Shown here: in pieces, positions 19,419-29,432 of the stretch
Position numbering within the stretch: position 1 is the stretch's first letter
How the letters are laid out: each line of letters starts with the position of its first letter
Source: an uncultured Candidatus Poseidoniales archaeon
Lineage (GTDB): Archaea > Thermoplasmatota > Poseidoniia > Poseidoniales > Poseidoniaceae
Assembly: GCA_964587885.1 (NCBI GenBank)
Contig: CAZPME010000008.1
Span: 1-64,000, forward strand
Direction: 5' to 3'
Length of the DNA stretch: 64,000 nt
Position numbers and translations under genes: made by a program
The notes under the pieces: generated by a model
Seen by the model: the letters and a program-made list of their open reading frames with translations, nothing else
Database searches by the model: none
Told to the model about the DNA's origin: nothing

Positions 19419-19476
19419 CTTACCCCTCCTCGCAAGTCAGAGAATCACTAATAGCGAAACCGGACTTAGACCTCAT

Positions 19477-22400
19477 ATGTCCGAGCACTGCGGCGTATTC
19501 ATGGTTCTTTCAGTGCTACTGATTATGCCTTGGAGCGGAGTTTACGCTGCCACACCTGACAACATTACCATTGATGGTGATATATCTGAATGGGATTCGG
19601 ACACCCTAATCGACACCTCCTCTCATTCTGTACCATCATTTAGGATAACTTGGGATGAAACATTCCTGTTTATTGCGTGGAGCGGGACTGATTGGTCAAG
19701 TACTAGTGAGGGGGCAGATTTCTTTGTTTATCTAAACACCACAAGTGGTGGCAGTCCGCTGTCAAAGGATTGGAATTCGGTTCACACACTACCATTTTCA
19801 GCCGATTTTGCTTTCATTCTTGAGGATTCATCCTATTATTCATTGCAGACCTACGATGGTGCGGAATGGGTTGATGCAGATCAAACCGGAGTGTCATCAT
19901 ATGTAGGCTGGTCAGGTAATCAAAACACAGAGATTGCAATTCCGTGGGCTAACATCGGTTCGCCTACCAGTTTCGCCTTCCTTGCTTGGGCACAATGGCA
20001 GGAAGATGGAAATGTATGGATATCATTCCCACCTGAAAATCCTGCTTCCAACGATGGTGCTGAGACCTTCACATTCGGCTATGTGGTTGCAGATCGAACC
20101 ATTGAACAGACTCCGGCATACACATGTTTAGCACAAGATTTTTCTGGTAGCGTAGACAAGTTAGATGATGCTCTCAATTTAGCAATAGTATTCCATCAAC
20201 ATCAGCCATATTACAAGAATAAATTGAGCGGGATGTACGAGATGCCATGGGTACGGGTTCACGCCATGACTGAATATGTCGATTCACCGGGAATATTGTC
20301 CAAATATCCCGAGACTAAGATTACCTACAATTTAGTTCCCTCATTCATAGAGCAATTGGTTGATTACCATACTAATTCAGCCCTCGATGTTCACAGTGAA
20401 TTTGCTCGTCGCGATTGGCCTGTAGATGAAAATGGAAGTTTGTCCGGTTATCCAAACGCTACCGCCTTAGAATTGCATACTATGCAATTCCAATCCTTTT
20501 GGAATTCTGGATGGATTTACAATGTTTCATCCGACGATAGCAAATTATCATGGTTGTATCCCTCGAGTCAAAGATATGCCGAAATCTATGACTTGACTTT
20601 ACATAATCTAAAACCGGCTACAATCATGAATGATGAATTGCTTGACCCGCAGGAATTTCTTGACCTGCAAGTTCTATGGTATCTCTATCAATTCTCTCCT
20701 GATTATGTTCTCGGCGATTACCAAGATTTGGATGACTCAATTGGAGATAGTCGGCCCGCACATGGAGATACTGGTTTACAGGCGCTTTTTGCCCAGAATG
20801 GAGGCTATTCAGTAAGTGACCTGACTTACGTTCTCGACGCTCAATATAGTCACATGGCTAATGTTCTACCGATGTATTCACAATTGGCTGCCCGTGGTCA
20901 AGTTGAATTAACAACCACGCCTTATTATCATCCAATAATGCCATTGTTGATGATGGATGGTTGGACTTTTGAAGACGGTATTGAAGTGCAAAAAGATTCG
21001 TGGCCAGAGGACACTCAAAATCATCTTGTCAACGGAATGAATCTGTTTGAGGATGAGTTGGGCTTCCGCCCTACAGGTATGTGGCCGAGTGAGCAATCAG
21101 TTAGTCCAGCAATGGTTGAGCCGGTAAGTGATGTTGGGATTCAATGGATGGTCACTGATGAAGTCAATCTTGCGGGCTCGACCGATTTATCCGGAAATTA
21201 TGTTGATACGAGTATAGCCAGTAATCTTGCAACACCTTGGATTGCTACTGGAGTTGACGGTGGTGAAGTAGCGACTATTTTCCGAGACCGAGTCATCAGT
21301 GACCGTATCGCCTTTGAGTATGGAGTGATGAGTCCTGAAGCAGCAGTTAGCGATTTTATTTCCTATGTTGATGGGATTAGAAATGAATTGAAGGCTGATG
21401 GATTAGACCCGAGCGAGTATATGCTAACTGTAGCTTTAGATGGTGAGAACTGGATGTTCATGTCAGAGTTTCAGCACCACGACAATGCTCGACCATTCAC
21501 CGATGAATGGTTCTCTCGCCTTGCCTTACACCCAAGTATCAAAACTACAACACCAAGCGAATTTTTGGCCAAGAATACAACCTTGCCGCGCATAGGTACA
21601 ATCTCTACCGGTTCGTGGATTGACGGCACGCTTTCGACTTGGGCTGGTGAGGCTGAGGAGAGCCTTGGTTGGCAAAGATTGGTCGAAGCGAGAAAGTCGC
21701 TGGTTGAATTTGAGCAAGATAATCCTCAACACGCGGGATTGGCCAATGCTTGGGAATCCCTTTACATCGCTGAAGGTAGTGATTGGTTTTGGTGGTATGG
21801 TCTTGACCAAGACAGTGGCTATGATGAATTGTGGGATACTCTTTTCAAAGTACATTTAGCCAATATTTACCGCGCTATTGAATTAGAATTACCGCCCTAT
21901 TTACAAGATTTATGGACCAGTGCGGCATTGCCTACTGTACCCTATTCGGGAATTGTCGAGCCACTGATTGACGGTGTCGCATTGGCCGGTGAGTGGGATG
22001 GGGCGGCAAAATATTCGGCTCCAAATAATGGGGATGTATTGGATATCACCTCGTTTCATTTTGGCTATGATGCCAGCAATGTGTACTTGCGAGTAGATAT
22101 GAGCGAAATTAACAACCTCATCAACACAACCGGACAAACCCCAGATCTTTCGGTCTATTTTATGCAACCAAACGCCATCAATTTCAATGAAGTCGAAACA
22201 AATTATCGCACTTATTTCGGCAACCAAATACTCGGTTTCCCATCAAAGAGTATGGTCTCACTTAACCTTGACGACCTGCGTAGTGATGGGCGATGTTCGT
22301 GGATATTATTTACAGCACAAGGCAAGATAGGGGATAAAGAATCGTGGGTTGGCAGCGTCCCTAGTGCACTAGGAACCGCCGCTGCTGCAGAAGTAATTGA

Positions 22401-23991
22401 GTTACAGATTCCCTGGGCTGAATTAGGTTTGGCACCACGGTATACAACTCGAATTAAAGTGGTGACGAGTTTGGCTAATTCCACCGCTTATGGTGATGGA
22501 ATAGACTTGGAAATGGCTCCCCCTGCCCCAGCCGAAGTCCAACTTCCTGACCTTGAATCGTGGATTGAGATGTTAGATATGTCCGACCCCACAGGTGATG
22601 AGAATGGATCTGGCGACGTGGTCTATGCCAACTCTGGGGATTTTGCTCCAGGGCATGGACTCTTTGATTTAACAAATGTGAAAATGATGCAATCATCATG
22701 GAATGTTCGTTTCGAATTCACCATGTCTCAGATGACAAATATCTGGGGGATGAGCAATGGATTCAGCCACCAAATCGTGCAGGTTTATGTTGATAAAGAC
22801 CGCATAAGCGGCTCTGGAAATATCGCCATGCTCGAAGGAGCAAACGCTGAAGCCCATCCTGACTGGGCTTGGGAAGTTGCACTTTCTGCAACCGGAGAAC
22901 CTGGAGCAGTCAAAGCCGTGCTCGCTGATACCGGGGAGACCACAGCCAAGGGAATTGAAGTCACAGCTGAAACTGCTTCCAAGAAGATAACTATGACCGT
23001 ATCAAAGAATTTGATTGGCGCATCACCACAAGATTATGGCTACATTATAGTCGTTGGAAGCCAAGATGGTTTTGGCCCCGGAAAATGGCGTGAAGTTGAT
23101 GCAACGGCAGGAACTTGGGTTCTTGGTGGTGGCGATAATGCTGCTGATGATGGCATAGACTACGACCCAAATATACTGGATATGTTATTGGATCCCGAAT
23201 CCGACCAAGCACAAATGCTGGCCGGATATAGCACTTCGAGCCATTCATTTGCCCAGTTACAGGGAATTGAAATCCCTGAAGTGCCGCAGCAAATATTTGG
23301 TTTAAGCGTGGGTGTTGTGACCGGAACTACTGCAGTAGTTACTTGGTCGACCACCCAAAGTGCAGTATCGGAAATAACTTATCATCCGCTTAACGATTCA
23401 GCAAATAGTTCTCAAGTTTTTAGCCAAAACTCGACCTCACATGGTTTAACTTTGACCGGATTGCTAACCAACACCTCCTATTTGGTCACAATAAATATCC
23501 AAGGAGTTACAGCGGCCAATATTGAATTGACTACCTCTGCTATCGCCGATATTACTGCCCCGGAAATCCTCAACTTTGCGGCCGAGATATTGGGTGCTGG
23601 GCAGGTACGAGTCTCATGGTTTACTTCTGAGGCGACGACTGAGCATTTGACTTGGGATGGTGGTGAGAAAGAAGGCGATACAATCGCACTTTCCAAATCA
23701 CATGAATTTATTATCACCCTGCCAAATGGAACGAATATTGTCACTTTGACTGCCAAAGATGCTGCTGGAAATAGCAATACTTCAAGCATTGAAGTGATAA
23801 TTACCGATGGATTGCCTACATCCGAGGATTGCCCTAATGGCAGCGATTGCGCAAACCTAAATGAGGGCGAAGAAACATCATCAAGCCTAAGCGTCATTGT
23901 CTCCGATCCGCTAATGCAGGTGGTATTGCTGGTGATTGCGATATTAGTAGTGACTGCATTTTGGCGAGTTGCCCGTGAAACCGATGTGTGA
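19477..23991 (+). CDS. Secreted GH57 amylopullulanase-like enzyme with an N-terminal CBM9/DOMON-like module, C-terminal FN3-like domains and a C-terminal TM anchor.
   Basis: Signal peptide from ATG 19477 (the track's 19339 start overlaps the divergent gene); GH57 hallmark 'AIVFHQHQPYY'; FN3-like 'VTGTTAVVTWSTTQSAV...YLVTINI'; C-terminal 'VVLLVIAILVVTAFWRVARETDV'. Confidence 0.8.
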   Translation: MSEHCGVFMVLSVLLIMPWSGVYAATPDNITIDGDISEWDSDTLIDTSSHSVPSFRITWDETFLFIAWSGTDWSSTSEGADFFVYLNTTSGGSPLSKDWNSVHTLPFSADFAFILEDSSYYSLQTYDGAEWVDADQTGVSSYVGWSGNQNTEIAIPWANIGSPTSFAFLAWAQWQEDGNVWISFPPENPASNDGAETFTFGYVVADRTIEQTPAYTCLAQDFSGSVDKLDDALNLAIVFHQHQPYYKNKLSGMYEMPWVRVHAMTEYVDSPGILSKYPETKITYNLVPSFIEQLVDYHTNSALDVHSEFARRDWPVDENGSLSGYPNATALELHTMQFQSFWNSGWIYNVSSDDSKLSWLYPSSQRYAEIYDLTLHNLKPATIMNDELLDPQEFLDLQVLWYLYQFSPDYVLGDYQDLDDSIGDSRPAHGDTGLQALFAQNGGYSVSDLTYVLDAQYSHMANVLPMYSQLAARGQVELTTTPYYHPIMPLLMMDGWTFEDGIEVQKDSWPEDTQNHLVNGMNLFEDELGFRPTGMWPSEQSVSPAMVEPVSDVGIQWMVTDEVNLAGSTDLSGNYVDTSIASNLATPWIATGVDGGEVATIFRDRVISDRIAFEYGVMSPEAAVSDFISYVDGIRNELKADGLDPSEYMLTVALDGENWMFMSEFQHHDNARPFTDEWFSRLALHPSIKTTTPSEFLAKNTTLPRIGTISTGSWIDGTLSTWAGEAEESLGWQRLVEARKSLVEFEQDNPQHAGLANAWESLYIAEGSDWFWWYGLDQDSGYDELWDTLFKVHLANIYRAIELELPPYLQDLWTSAALPTVPYSGIVEPLIDGVALAGEWDGAAKYSAPNNGDVLDITSFHFGYDASNVYLRVDMSEINNLINTTGQTPDLSVYFMQPNAINFNEVETNYRTYFGNQILGFPSKSMVSLNLDDLRSDGRCSWILFTAQGKIGDKESWVGSVPSALGTAAAAEVIELQIPWAELGLAPRYTTRIKVVTSLANSTAYGDGIDLEMAPPAPAEVQLPDLESWIEMLDMSDPTGDENGSGDVVYANSGDFAPGHGLFDLTNVKMMQSSWNVRFEFTMSQMTNIWGMSNGFSHQIVQVYVDKDRISGSGNIAMLEGANAEAHPDWAWEVALSATGEPGAVKAVLADTGETTAKGIEVTAETASKKITMTVSKNLIGASPQDYGYIIVVGSQDGFGPGKWREVDATAGTWVLGGGDNAADDGIDYDPNILDMLLDPESDQAQMLAGYSTSSHSFAQLQGIEIPEVPQQIFGLSVGVVTGTTAVVTWSTTQSAVSEITYHPLNDSANSSQVFSQNSTSHGLTLTGLLTNTSYLVTINIQGVTAANIELTTSAIADITAPEILNFAAEILGAGQVRVSWFTSEATTEHLTWDGGEKEGDTIALSKSHEFIITLPNGTNIVTLTAKDAAGNSNTSSIEVIITDGLPTSEDCPNGSDCANLNEGEETSSSLSVIVSDPLMQVVLLVIAILVVTAFWRVARETDV

Positions 23992-24161
23992 AACTCGACC
24001 ATTATTGTCAATCGAGAGTACGTGGAAGAGCAGAGTTTCCCAGCAAGAAGTTTCATCATTTGGCCGTGACTTCATAATTGTGATTATTTGCAGATGATTT
24101 GGTTTAAGTCGTTATTACAAAACAAATCTAGAATAATGACAAATATTCGCCCCTACTTTTC

Positions 24162-25790
24162 TCAAGCGAACGGAATTGAAGCGGTTTTGTGGGTTCCTAG
24201 ATTAACTACTGTTAGGATGCATGGTTTAGGCTGAAATCCTAGCATTTTTTGGTATGAAGTTTGGTCCTGCCAAGTTGAGGAACACACCAATGTTGTACCT
24301 TTGAAATCAGTGCAAGCGTGTCCATGCACGTGGCCGGTGACAAAAATATCGGGAATAGTAGTAATGACTAGATTATCCTCAGGCTCAGGAGAAAGAGGGG
24401 TCTTTCCACCCCATTGAGGGGCGAGATGACGTCTTGTCATCATCTCCCGCATCGCTTGAACCGGATTGGAATAGGTGACATTGCGCATCCCCGCCACATA
24501 GTCGTCGATGCTCTTGCCGTGATAGGATAGAAGGCGGACTCCATGCAAGGAAAAATCACAGGGATTGCCAACAAAGGTCGTAGTATTGTAGGCTTGCTGA
24601 ATTTCTGCTTCAAGGGCGGGTTGCGGTTCAGCCGGTCGTACTGCATCGTGATTACCAGGCAACATGATGCACTCAACCCAATCAGGCAATAGGTGCAGTA
24701 GGCGAGCGAATTCATCGTATTGGTCGAATAGGTCAGGGATTGCCAATTCTTTGTCTTGATTGGGATATATTCCCACTCCATCGACGCAGTCACCAGAGAG
24801 GATGAGATATTTGATGGTTCGAGCCAAAGGATCTGTATGGAACCACTGCACCATTTTGTGCCATTGTGCAGTCAAGAAGGTCTTGCTACCAACGTGAATA
24901 TCGGATAAGAATGCAACACTTACCGCAGCCTCAGTAGCGCTGGTTTTTTGGCGCCTCAATAATGGTGGGAAGTGTAAATCATCGACATAAAACAAATCAC
25001 CGGATTGGCTGAAAGTACCCGAGACACCGACCACATCATCGGGCATTAATCCATGCTGAATGTAGGGATTAGGGTCATCCTCACTTTTGCGTACCAAGCA
25101 GGTCATTGCTCCACTTTCATCTTCAAGTTCAAAGATTAGGTGGCCATTTTTCGTATTGCGCGGCTCGTTGATAAGGCCGATGGCGCAAGCGAGGTTTTCA
25201 AAGCCAGTATATGAACGTCGATTAGCTTGAAGTTTGCCAATTTCACTGCACCGAGAGGGTAATCGGCCGGCAATTATCATTCGCCTAATCCTCTCAAGCC
25301 GGCTGTTGAAGAGAGAACTAATGTCGTGCATTTTTCCTTCAGTGATACTATTTCCGGTAATATCAAAATGAACTTTGATGTCATTATCTACATCAGTTGC
25401 ATTTACTGGGAAATCATTGATGTCATAATCGGGTAGGCCATGTAGTCGAATTGGTGCTACAGGTTCGGGGGGGTTAATTGGGGCAATAATGCGCCCAATG
25501 GGCTTGCTAGATTCTTTCGGAGCCTGTGGCGAAGGAGTTGGCGAAATATGTGAGGTTTGAGATGTTGATTCCATGGGTGTTGTTTCTGAGCCGGAACTGT
25601 TGTGTTGTTTTACTAGGGCATCGAGTTTCGCTGCATCAAGAGTGCCCTTGGAGATTCCAATATGTGGGGCGTGAGATAATACAGCCAATGGGTCATCCAA
25701 ATCGAGTAGTTTCTGCTTGATTTCTTTGCCGACCAACAGGCCTAGACTCATGCACTCGGCGAATACTGCCGGCCACTTCTCTTCGACCAT
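24162..25790 (-). CDS. DNA polymerase II (PolD) small subunit DP1.
   Basis: Calcineurin-like phosphoesterase motifs 'LSGDCVDGVGIYPNQ' and 'MLPGNHDAVRP'; archaeal PolD DP1 length and architecture. Confidence 0.85.
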   Translation of the reverse strand: MVEEKWPAVFAECMSLGLLVGKEIKQKLLDLDDPLAVLSHAPHIGISKGTLDAAKLDALVKQHNSSGSETTPMESTSQTSHISPTPSPQAPKESSKPIGRIIAPINPPEPVAPIRLHGLPDYDINDFPVNATDVDNDIKVHFDITGNSITEGKMHDISSLFNSRLERIRRMIIAGRLPSRCSEIGKLQANRRSYTGFENLACAIGLINEPRNTKNGHLIFELEDESGAMTCLVRKSEDDPNPYIQHGLMPDDVVGVSGTFSQSGDLFYVDDLHFPPLLRRQKTSATEAAVSVAFLSDIHVGSKTFLTAQWHKMVQWFHTDPLARTIKYLILSGDCVDGVGIYPNQDKELAIPDLFDQYDEFARLLHLLPDWVECIMLPGNHDAVRPAEPQPALEAEIQQAYNTTTFVGNPCDFSLHGVRLLSYHGKSIDDYVAGMRNVTYSNPVQAMREMMTRRHLAPQWGGKTPLSPEPEDNLVITTIPDIFVTGHVHGHACTDFKGTTLVCSSTWQDQTSYQKMLGFQPKPCILTVVNLGTHKTASIPFA

Positions 25791-25844
25791 AGCAGGTGTC
25801 TTAGTGCGACCGTCCTTGAAGGTGACGACTGTTTATGATGCGAC

Positions 25845-26555
25845 TTATTCTTGCTCAATTGGAGCAGGACTACCGTCTTCACTCCACTCAACTTCGTCGC
25901 CGACCGCTGAATCATCATCTGATGCTGACCAAACATCTCCTTGCCAAGGACCTCTAGTCGCAGCCATGGCATCTTTGACAGCCTTCTCACGGGCTCGGTG
26001 AATCTTGTCTTCTAACTCAATTGCATCCTGTTTGCGTTTTTCATCATCCGCCTTTGTGTCTCGGTCACGTAATTTATCCCACTGCTTTATCGCTGTAAGT
26101 AATGCAAATGTAACAAAGGCATCTTTGTTTTCAGCCCTTGTGCCACCGAATAATGCCTGCTTTACACGGCGGCCATCGGCGGTCGAGACTCCAACGTGTA
26201 CAGTCCCCACTTCCTTATCTGAATCATCAGCACGAGGTCCTGCGATACCTGTGACTGAGATTGCTAAGTCAGCACCCGATGCTAAGCGGGCTCCTTCAGC
26301 CATGGCCGCGGCGATGGTAGTGCTTACAGCCCCATGTTTTTCGATTAGGTCAAGAGGGATACCCAATTCACTGGCTTTGGACTCATTTGAGTAAGTTACC
26401 CAACCATGGGAGAACCATTTGCTGGCCCCACTGAGATCGGTTAGTGTGCTTGCAAGGAGGCCGCCAGTGCACGATTCGGCGACTGCAACGGTATAACCAC
26501 CTTTGATTAGACGACGTGAAAGACGGGTGGCGAGGACCGCGGTCGGTTCTTCCAT
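25845..26555 (-). CDS. CinA C-terminal-domain protein (PncC-like nicotinamide-nucleotide amidohydrolase family) with a C-terminal charged (K/E/D-rich) extension of about 90 aa.
   Basis: 'GYTVAVAESCTGGLLAS' CinA_C signature. ATG at 26555 preferred: the track's GTG start at 26636 would run over the tRNA-Val promoter region. Confidence 0.7.
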   Translation of the reverse strand: MEEPTAVLATRLSRRLIKGGYTVAVAESCTGGLLASTLTDLSGASKWFSHGWVTYSNESKASELGIPLDLIEKHGAVSTTIAAAMAEGARLASGADLAISVTGIAGPRADDSDKEVGTVHVGVSTADGRRVKQALFGGTRAENKDAFVTFALLTAIKQWDKLRDRDTKADDEKRKQDAIELEDKIHRAREKAVKDAMAATRGPWQGDVWSASDDDSAVGDEVEWSEDGSPAPIEQE

Positions 26556-26615
26556 CAACAATACGCGTGTCGCTAAGGGTTTTGAGTTTTGACCCTCAAG
26601 AGCCAACCGTTGCGG

Positions 26616-26622
26616 TATTAAA
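26616..26622 (+). promoter_or_regulatory. Putative archaeal TATA box (TATTAAA) centred about 28 bp upstream of the tRNA-Val 5' end.
   Basis: AT-rich heptamer at the spacing expected for archaeal promoters; preceded by a G/C-rich 'GCGG' that could act as a BRE. Confidence 0.35.
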
Positions 26623-26647
26623 CCAAATCCCCCCACGAAGGTTTGGC

Positions 26648-26720
26648 GGGCTTGTGGTCTAGCGGTTATGACGTCACCCTTACAAGGTGAATATCACCAG
26701 TTCAAATCTGGTCAAGCCCA
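26648..26720 (+). tRNA. tRNA-Val (anticodon TAC), 73 nt, no encoded CCA.
   Basis: Manual fold: acceptor GGGCTTG/CAAGCCC; D-arm GTCT-AGCGGTTA-TGAC; anticodon stem TCACC/GGTGA with loop CTTACAA; T-arm ACCAG-TTCAAAT-CTGGT; discriminator A. Confidence 0.85.
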
Positions 26721-26731
26721 CTCTAACTTAT

Positions 26732-26757
26732 CTTGCAAAGCGTGTAGGTTTTGCAAG
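26732..26757. terminator. Hairpin CTTGCAAA-(9 nt)-TTTGCAAG lying between the tRNA-Val 3' end and the convergent kdgK-eda stop. Possible bidirectional terminator.
   Basis: 8-bp perfect inverted repeat 11 nt downstream of the tRNA; flanked by T-rich tracts on the opposite strand. Confidence 0.3.
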
Positions 26758-26810
26758 AATCAATCTCACAAAATACTCATTCCAATAGTAAACTTGCGAG
26801 TATATCATCA

Positions 26811-28346
26811 TCAACTACGAGTGGAAAGTTGTGCTAATTTTTCCCCCATACCGAGTAAAATGAAGCCAAAATCTTCCCAATATTGCCGGTCATCTGGACC
26901 TATTCCACCGACTGGAACCATTGTGGTTGCGGGAAATTTATCCTGAACAGAACGTAATTCTGCTTCATTCCAGTCTGTTCCAGCATGGAATAATTTGACC
27001 GCTTGGGCTCCTAATTCGACTGCCTTGGAAACTTCAACAATGTTTTTTGCCCCCACTATTGGCACCATATTCAACTTCTTGGCAATTTCAATCATACCTT
27101 TAGGGTGGTTGGGTGCGAGACAGAAGGTCGCTCCAAGCGCATTGGCTTTGGGAAGTTGCCCTTCTGGGTCACTTACAGTACCTACTCCAATGCATATATC
27201 GGGTGGTGAATCAGCTCTTATTTGCGCGAGTGCGAGAAATGCATCACGGCTATCGAGGGTAACTTCGAGATTTGAGTATCCCATGTTGATTAATTCCTTG
27301 GCCCGTTGACGCATTGCTATTGGGTCATCACCGCGCAGAATAGCGATTGTCTGGTTGTCAACCAATTTGCTTAGGGTTGCAGAGGTAAACTCTCCATCGA
27401 GTTGTTCGGCAGTAATAGTGGATAAATCTCCGGGGCAAGTTTGGACCAATATCGCATAGCGGTCAGCACGTATTATCGCATCACTAATTTGCATATTTGC
27501 CATCATCCCATCTAGTAGTGCCGCTACCCATGCATCACCTCCTCCTAATGCTTCGACCGGGCATTGGGGTAGCGGAGTGGACCTTGTCGATTCAACTCCA
27601 CTCGGTCCAGAAATGGCTGACCAGCGTAGTTGTGAACCGTCTGATAGTTGTTCTTTGACACTACATGCTACCCAGGTCACCAGCCATTTCCGCCGCACCA
27701 AATTTAGAAGTTCTTCAATAGGAGTTTCATTCGGAGCGAGTGAATAACGAAGATTGATATTTTTCAAGTCTGTAACTGAAAGGGTGAGGAGGTGGACCTT
27801 TCGCAAGTGGGGCTCGACAATTTCCCACAGCCCATCCCATTCTCCAAGTTTGGTGCGGTGATTGAAATCAAGACTAATATTGATTCCATCTAGTTCTGCC
27901 ATTGCAAGTGCACTCGACCATAATCCACGCGGTGAATCTCCAAGCATTGGTGTGATTCCGGTAAGATGTAGCCATTTGGATCCTCTAAGAGAATTACGTA
28001 AATCTTGGGCTAAATCTAGACTTGATAAATTAGCAAATGCAGAATTTTCCCGTTGATAGGTCACTTGCTTAGCCGCGAAATCTACTCGATACTCCCCGGT
28101 CGGATAGATGGGAGAAAAACTGACTGCGGAAGTATCAATTCCGAGCCTTTTGGATTCATTGATGATTCTCTGACCTGATTGGTCATCGCCAAGTGCAGAA
28201 ATCCATTTACTTGAGCGATTTAGTTGGGATAGGGCAGCACATAGATTCAATTCAGATCCGCCGACAGTTTGCAATATTCCATATGGACTTTCAACTGAGC
28301 GCATCATTGCCTCGCCAATAGTTACGACTTCAGCCATGCTACTCAA
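26811..28346 (-). CDS. Fusion protein: N-terminal PfkB-family sugar kinase (2-keto-3-deoxygluconate kinase-like) plus C-terminal KDPG/KHG aldolase (Eda-like).
   Basis: N-terminal 'VVTIGEAMMR...' ribokinase-like fold with 'GGGDAWVAALLDG' (GAGDAF-type) motif; C-terminal ~190 aa 'GVGTVSDPEGQLPKANALGATFCLAPN...IVGAKNIVEVSKAVELGAQAVKLFHAG' TIM-barrel aldolase-like. Confidence 0.7.
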   Translation of the reverse strand: MSSMAEVVTIGEAMMRSVESPYGILQTVGGSELNLCAALSQLNRSSKWISALGDDQSGQRIINESKRLGIDTSAVSFSPIYPTGEYRVDFAAKQVTYQRENSAFANLSSLDLAQDLRNSLRGSKWLHLTGITPMLGDSPRGLWSSALAMAELDGINISLDFNHRTKLGEWDGLWEIVEPHLRKVHLLTLSVTDLKNINLRYSLAPNETPIEELLNLVRRKWLVTWVACSVKEQLSDGSQLRWSAISGPSGVESTRSTPLPQCPVEALGGGDAWVAALLDGMMANMQISDAIIRADRYAILVQTCPGDLSTITAEQLDGEFTSATLSKLVDNQTIAILRGDDPIAMRQRAKELINMGYSNLEVTLDSRDAFLALAQIRADSPPDICIGVGTVSDPEGQLPKANALGATFCLAPNHPKGMIEIAKKLNMVPIVGAKNIVEVSKAVELGAQAVKLFHAGTDWNEAELRSVQDKFPATTMVPVGGIGPDDRQYWEDFGFILLGMGEKLAQLSTRS

Positions 28347-28361
28347 GTCGGGGATAGGCCA

Positions 28362-29423
28362 TTAGACTTTGAACCTTAGAAGGGCGACCGCTCCTCCAAA
28401 TGCCGCCAATTGCTGGCCTGCATCGTGTTCGGTTGAGCATTGATACCATTCACCCCTAATATCCTCTAACTCAATCAGCCATTCAGGCCAAGTGCGACCG
28501 CCGATTACAGCTTCTTCATCACGCAATAGATCGGCGGTGATGAGCAATACTTCGATTGCACCTTGCTGCATCGCGGCTAGCAAGTCAGTTTCGCCATATG
28601 CGATTGCGCCATCAGTTCCTAGTCGCTGCCAAGCCTTTTCTAGAAGATTGATTTCTTTGACCAAAGCATGTCCTGCCATGGTATTCTCGGCAAGACCTTC
28701 GCGTAAAACTTCGTTAGCGCCTGAGCGCCCACCGATTGAGGTAGCGACACTTGTTACCGGACGAGTTACCCCCTCTTGACGCATTAAGTCGAGAAGTTGG
28801 TCTCGGGCCAGTCCAGGGCCAGCCAAAACTACAGGCACATCGTCAGCGAGTTGCAAATCAATATCCTTGCCAAGATTACGGAGAAAACTAGTGCGAACAT
28901 CAGTATTTGCCTTGCCGGTGTATTTCCCCCCACCTCGCATTGTCCATTGATGAATTTCACGAATACCGTGACTGGCTACTTCGTAAAGTGTAACTTCATC
29001 ACTTTCAACTGCCGCTATCGCGACGCGGGGTTTTCCTCCCGCAGCGACAGCATCTTGCAGTAATCGGCGGTCCTCACTAGGAAAGCCATTGGCAGCTAAC
29101 AATTCGACTTCATCACCACATGAGACGATATGAGAATGGTGACTACCTTTGTCGAAATTTGCCTCCTCAATAATTCCATGAACTCGCAAATTATCCGAGA
29201 ATGATTGATATTCACACGATTCAATATTGAGCAAGATCCACATTTTCTTGCGCTCAGCAGATTTTGCCCGCCCCCCTTCCACGCTACCAGTAGTTTGGTC
29301 TCGTCGTTCTCCAAACATTCCAAATTGACGCCCTTTACGGCAAAAGCGAGCTAGTGCCCATAGGTCATCGGCTGAACGTATGCGCAAACGCCACCGGTCA
29401 TGCTCACGCTGTTTTATTTCCAT
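28362..29423 (-). CDS. Pelota/Dom34-like mRNA surveillance protein.
   Basis: N-terminus 'MEIKQREHDRWRLRIRSADDLWALARF' matches the Pelota N-domain; length of about 350 aa; eRF1-like central and C-terminal domains without GGQ. Confidence 0.7.
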   Translation of the reverse strand: MEIKQREHDRWRLRIRSADDLWALARFCRKGRQFGMFGERRDQTTGSVEGGRAKSAERKKMWILLNIESCEYQSFSDNLRVHGIIEEANFDKGSHHSHIVSCGDEVELLAANGFPSEDRRLLQDAVAAGGKPRVAIAAVESDEVTLYEVASHGIREIHQWTMRGGGKYTGKANTDVRTSFLRNLGKDIDLQLADDVPVVLAGPGLARDQLLDLMRQEGVTRPVTSVATSIGGRSGANEVLREGLAENTMAGHALVKEINLLEKAWQRLGTDGAIAYGETDLLAAMQQGAIEVLLITADLLRDEEAVIGGRTWPEWLIELEDIRGEWYQCSTEHDAGQQLAAFGGAVALLRFKV

Positions 29424-29432
29424 ACCCCTACC

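Noticed and set aside
19339-19476. 46-codon upstream extension of the GH57 ORF.
   Set aside because: Overlaps the 5' end of the divergent MalQ-MalP gene. The signal peptide begins at the internal Met (19477).
13848-23991. CRISPR array or mobile element around the amylase region. Apparent direct repeats are N/S/T-rich codon repeats such as 'aataat...aat aac aat'.
   Set aside because: These are in-frame low-complexity coding repeats (Asn/Ser/Thr stalks), not spacer-repeat units. No cas, transposase or integrase genes occur anywhere in the window.
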